A DNA stretch of 62,389 bases, counting the filler, from Chiloscyllium plagiosum (taxonomy: Eukaryota): NCBI RefSeq assembly GCF_004010195.1. It is 5 parts of one record of this genome, joined end to end, with 100 filler letters (N's around TTAATTAATTAA, not from the genome) between each part and the next. Parts side by side here need not be neighbours in the genome. Positions count along the whole stretch, not along the records: positions 52,982 to 62,389 come from NC_057711.1; 4 more parts are not named here. One strand, given 5' to 3'. Positions 60,641-62,389 of this stretch are shown piece after piece. Made by a program: the position numbers and the translations under genes. The notes below the pieces were generated by a model. The model did not search any database. It was not told where the DNA came from and saw nothing but the letters and a program-made list of their open reading frames with translations. Position 1 is the first letter of the stretch. Every line of letters begins with the position of its first letter.

Positions 60641-60907
60641 CTTATTTTTCTTTCTGGATGGGTCAACATTTACTTTAGTTTTTTTTTTATTTACATATAA
60701 ACACTTTCACATGGTGTTGTTACATTTTGGGCGAATTTATCATGTAGAAACCAAGTTCTTTTATTTGGTTTTGAAAATTGTGAACTGAGATTAGGAAGGA
60801 CTATTTTATAATTAGTGTCTTAATCAATTTTGTATGTTTTGAAAAACAAATAACCTGATACATGGCAAACATTAAAATAGTTTTTCAACAAGCAGCAATT
60901 GAAGTGT

Positions 60908-61554
60908 GTGGCATGCTGTTCCTTTAACAAGGTTATATTGTCCTTGGCTTTTTTTTCCAGAGAGGTCATAAAAGCAGCAATTCCAAAAAGTCTGGCTTAA
61001 ATTGGTTTAAGGGCCAATTTGATTATAGCTAACAGATATTGCCTCAAGCTAAAGGCTTTCAAGTTTTAAAAAACACTTGTACAATGAAAGGGGAGTTCTC
61101 CCAGCTCAGCTTTTCTCTGGTTTGATTTTGTTTTGGCAGTCTGGCTATTCCTAGTCAGGAAGTTTGAGGCTGCAAATCCAAGAAACAGCTACATGGAAGA
61201 GCATGTTCCATGCTGCCATTGTCTCTCTCCTGTAAGACCTTGTGTTTGATTTTACCTTTTTTGCTAAGAGATGTTTTAGGGTATTGTCGCAAGTATTTGG
61301 AACAGCATCATAGCGTTGGGATAATTTGTTGGTGTTTCGGATAGGTTAAGTTATTCTGTTATCTGTTCTCTTTTGTTTGTCTTTCATTTGGTAATCCTGT
61401 AAATAAATTCTGTTTTGTTTAGAACTAAGTGCTTTGTTTAAAACGAAGCTGCATCCCACCTGGGATATCCATGCTAGCTTAAAACAGCTAGCAAAATTAT
61501 GGTCTGGGCTACTTTCTTGAAATGCTTTGAGGGAGTCTGGCTTGGTCCACAACA
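60908..61554 (+). mobile_element. Gypsy-type 5' LTR
   Basis: TGT...AACA termini and AATAAA near 61403; followed by aattggggactc..., resembling a degenerate tRNA-Pro primer-binding site. Confidence 0.7.
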
Positions 61555-61696
61555 AATTGGGGACTCTTTGCAGGATTTGTTCTATAGTTTCAAATTGGGA
61601 TCAGGGTTGTTGGACTCAAAGGCAGTGAACGGCCGGTGTTAGTGTCTTTCGTTCTGGGTGTTGAATTTGGTTGGTTTAACAGTGCTTGGGATAGCA

Positions 61697-61960
61697 ATGG
61701 CTCTTTCAGTCACCAAGGGTTTTCTGGGAGTGGAAGATGTGACTTTGTCGGTTTTGCAAAAGTTGATTAAAGCCAAGTTGCTGGAATTAGCATACAAGCT
61801 GGAGTTAGAGCTGCCTGCTTCTGTGAGCAAACGTGAGAGAATTACAGCAATAGCTCAGTATTTAAATTTGTTGGAAACACCATCAGAATCTTTAGTGATG
61901 GTTAAAATTTAATTGAAAATGAAGCAGCTTGAATTAGAGACAAAAGTCAAGGAAAAGGCT
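61697..61960 (+). pseudogene. Gypsy gag N-terminus (decayed)
   Basis: MALSVTKGFLGVEDVT...KAKLLELAYKLEL directly after the LTR and primer-binding site; stop at 61910-61912, then truncated by a PLE. Confidence 0.6.
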
Positions 61961-61962
61961 CA

Positions 61963-62389
61963 AAGTTTGGGAGAAGATTTGTAGCTCGGGTGCTCGTTGT
62001 TGTGGTTCTGTTCGCCGAGCTGGGAATTTGTGTTGCAGACATTTTGTCCCCTTTCTAGGTGACATCCTCAGTGTTTAGGGGCCTCCTGTGAAGCGCTTCT
62101 GTGATCTTTCCTCCGGCATTTATAGTGATTTGTATCTGCCGTTTCCGGTCGTCAGTTCCAACTGTCCGCTGCAGTGGCCGGTATATTGGGTCCACGTCAA
62201 TGTTCTTATTGATTGAATCTGTGGGTGAGTGCCATGCCTCTAGGAATTCCCTGGCTGTTCTCTGTTTGGCTTGTCCTATAATAGTAGTGTTGTCCCAGTC
62301 GAACTCATGTTGCTTGTCATCTGAGTGTGTGGCTACTAAGGATAGCTGGTCATGTCGTTTCGTGGCTAGTTGGTGTTCATGGATGCGGA
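61963..62389 (-). mobile_element. Poseidon-type Penelope-like element 3' end (continues beyond the window)
   Basis: Same family as 34141-34590; RIHEHQLATKRHDQLS; hammerhead remnant at about 62037-62072. Confidence 0.88.

Overview
Repeat-dense eukaryotic genomic DNA, almost certainly from an elasmobranch (shark); this is inferred from HE1-type SINEs, CR1/HER1-type LINEs and SacSINE1-like SINEs. I recognise no host protein-coding exon. A small CpG-rich promoter with a probable non-coding first exon on the minus strand (about 53280 to 53092) sits between two minisatellites, so most of the window is probably intron of an unidentified minus-strand gene. Most of the ORF track is retroelement debris: CR1, a second CR1/L2-superfamily LINE, RTE, Rex1/Babar-like, Tx1, a Gypsy LTR plus gag, and a solo LTR. 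Four 100-bp assembly spacers are present. The most notable signal is about 20 short Penelope-like element (PLE) pseudo-LTR units from at least three families. They carry minimal hammerhead-ribozyme cores (CTGANGA-N-stemII-GAAA-CG/GC-TH) and many have 11-16 bp target-site duplications (TSDs). Many insertions start or fold back right at the ribozyme core, giving near-perfect palindromes. One insertion brackets about 1.1 kb of unrelated sequence inside a single 14-bp TSD, and another has made an inverted copy of its flanking DNA. Boundaries of decayed repeats are approximate, and family names come from motif recognition, not database searches.
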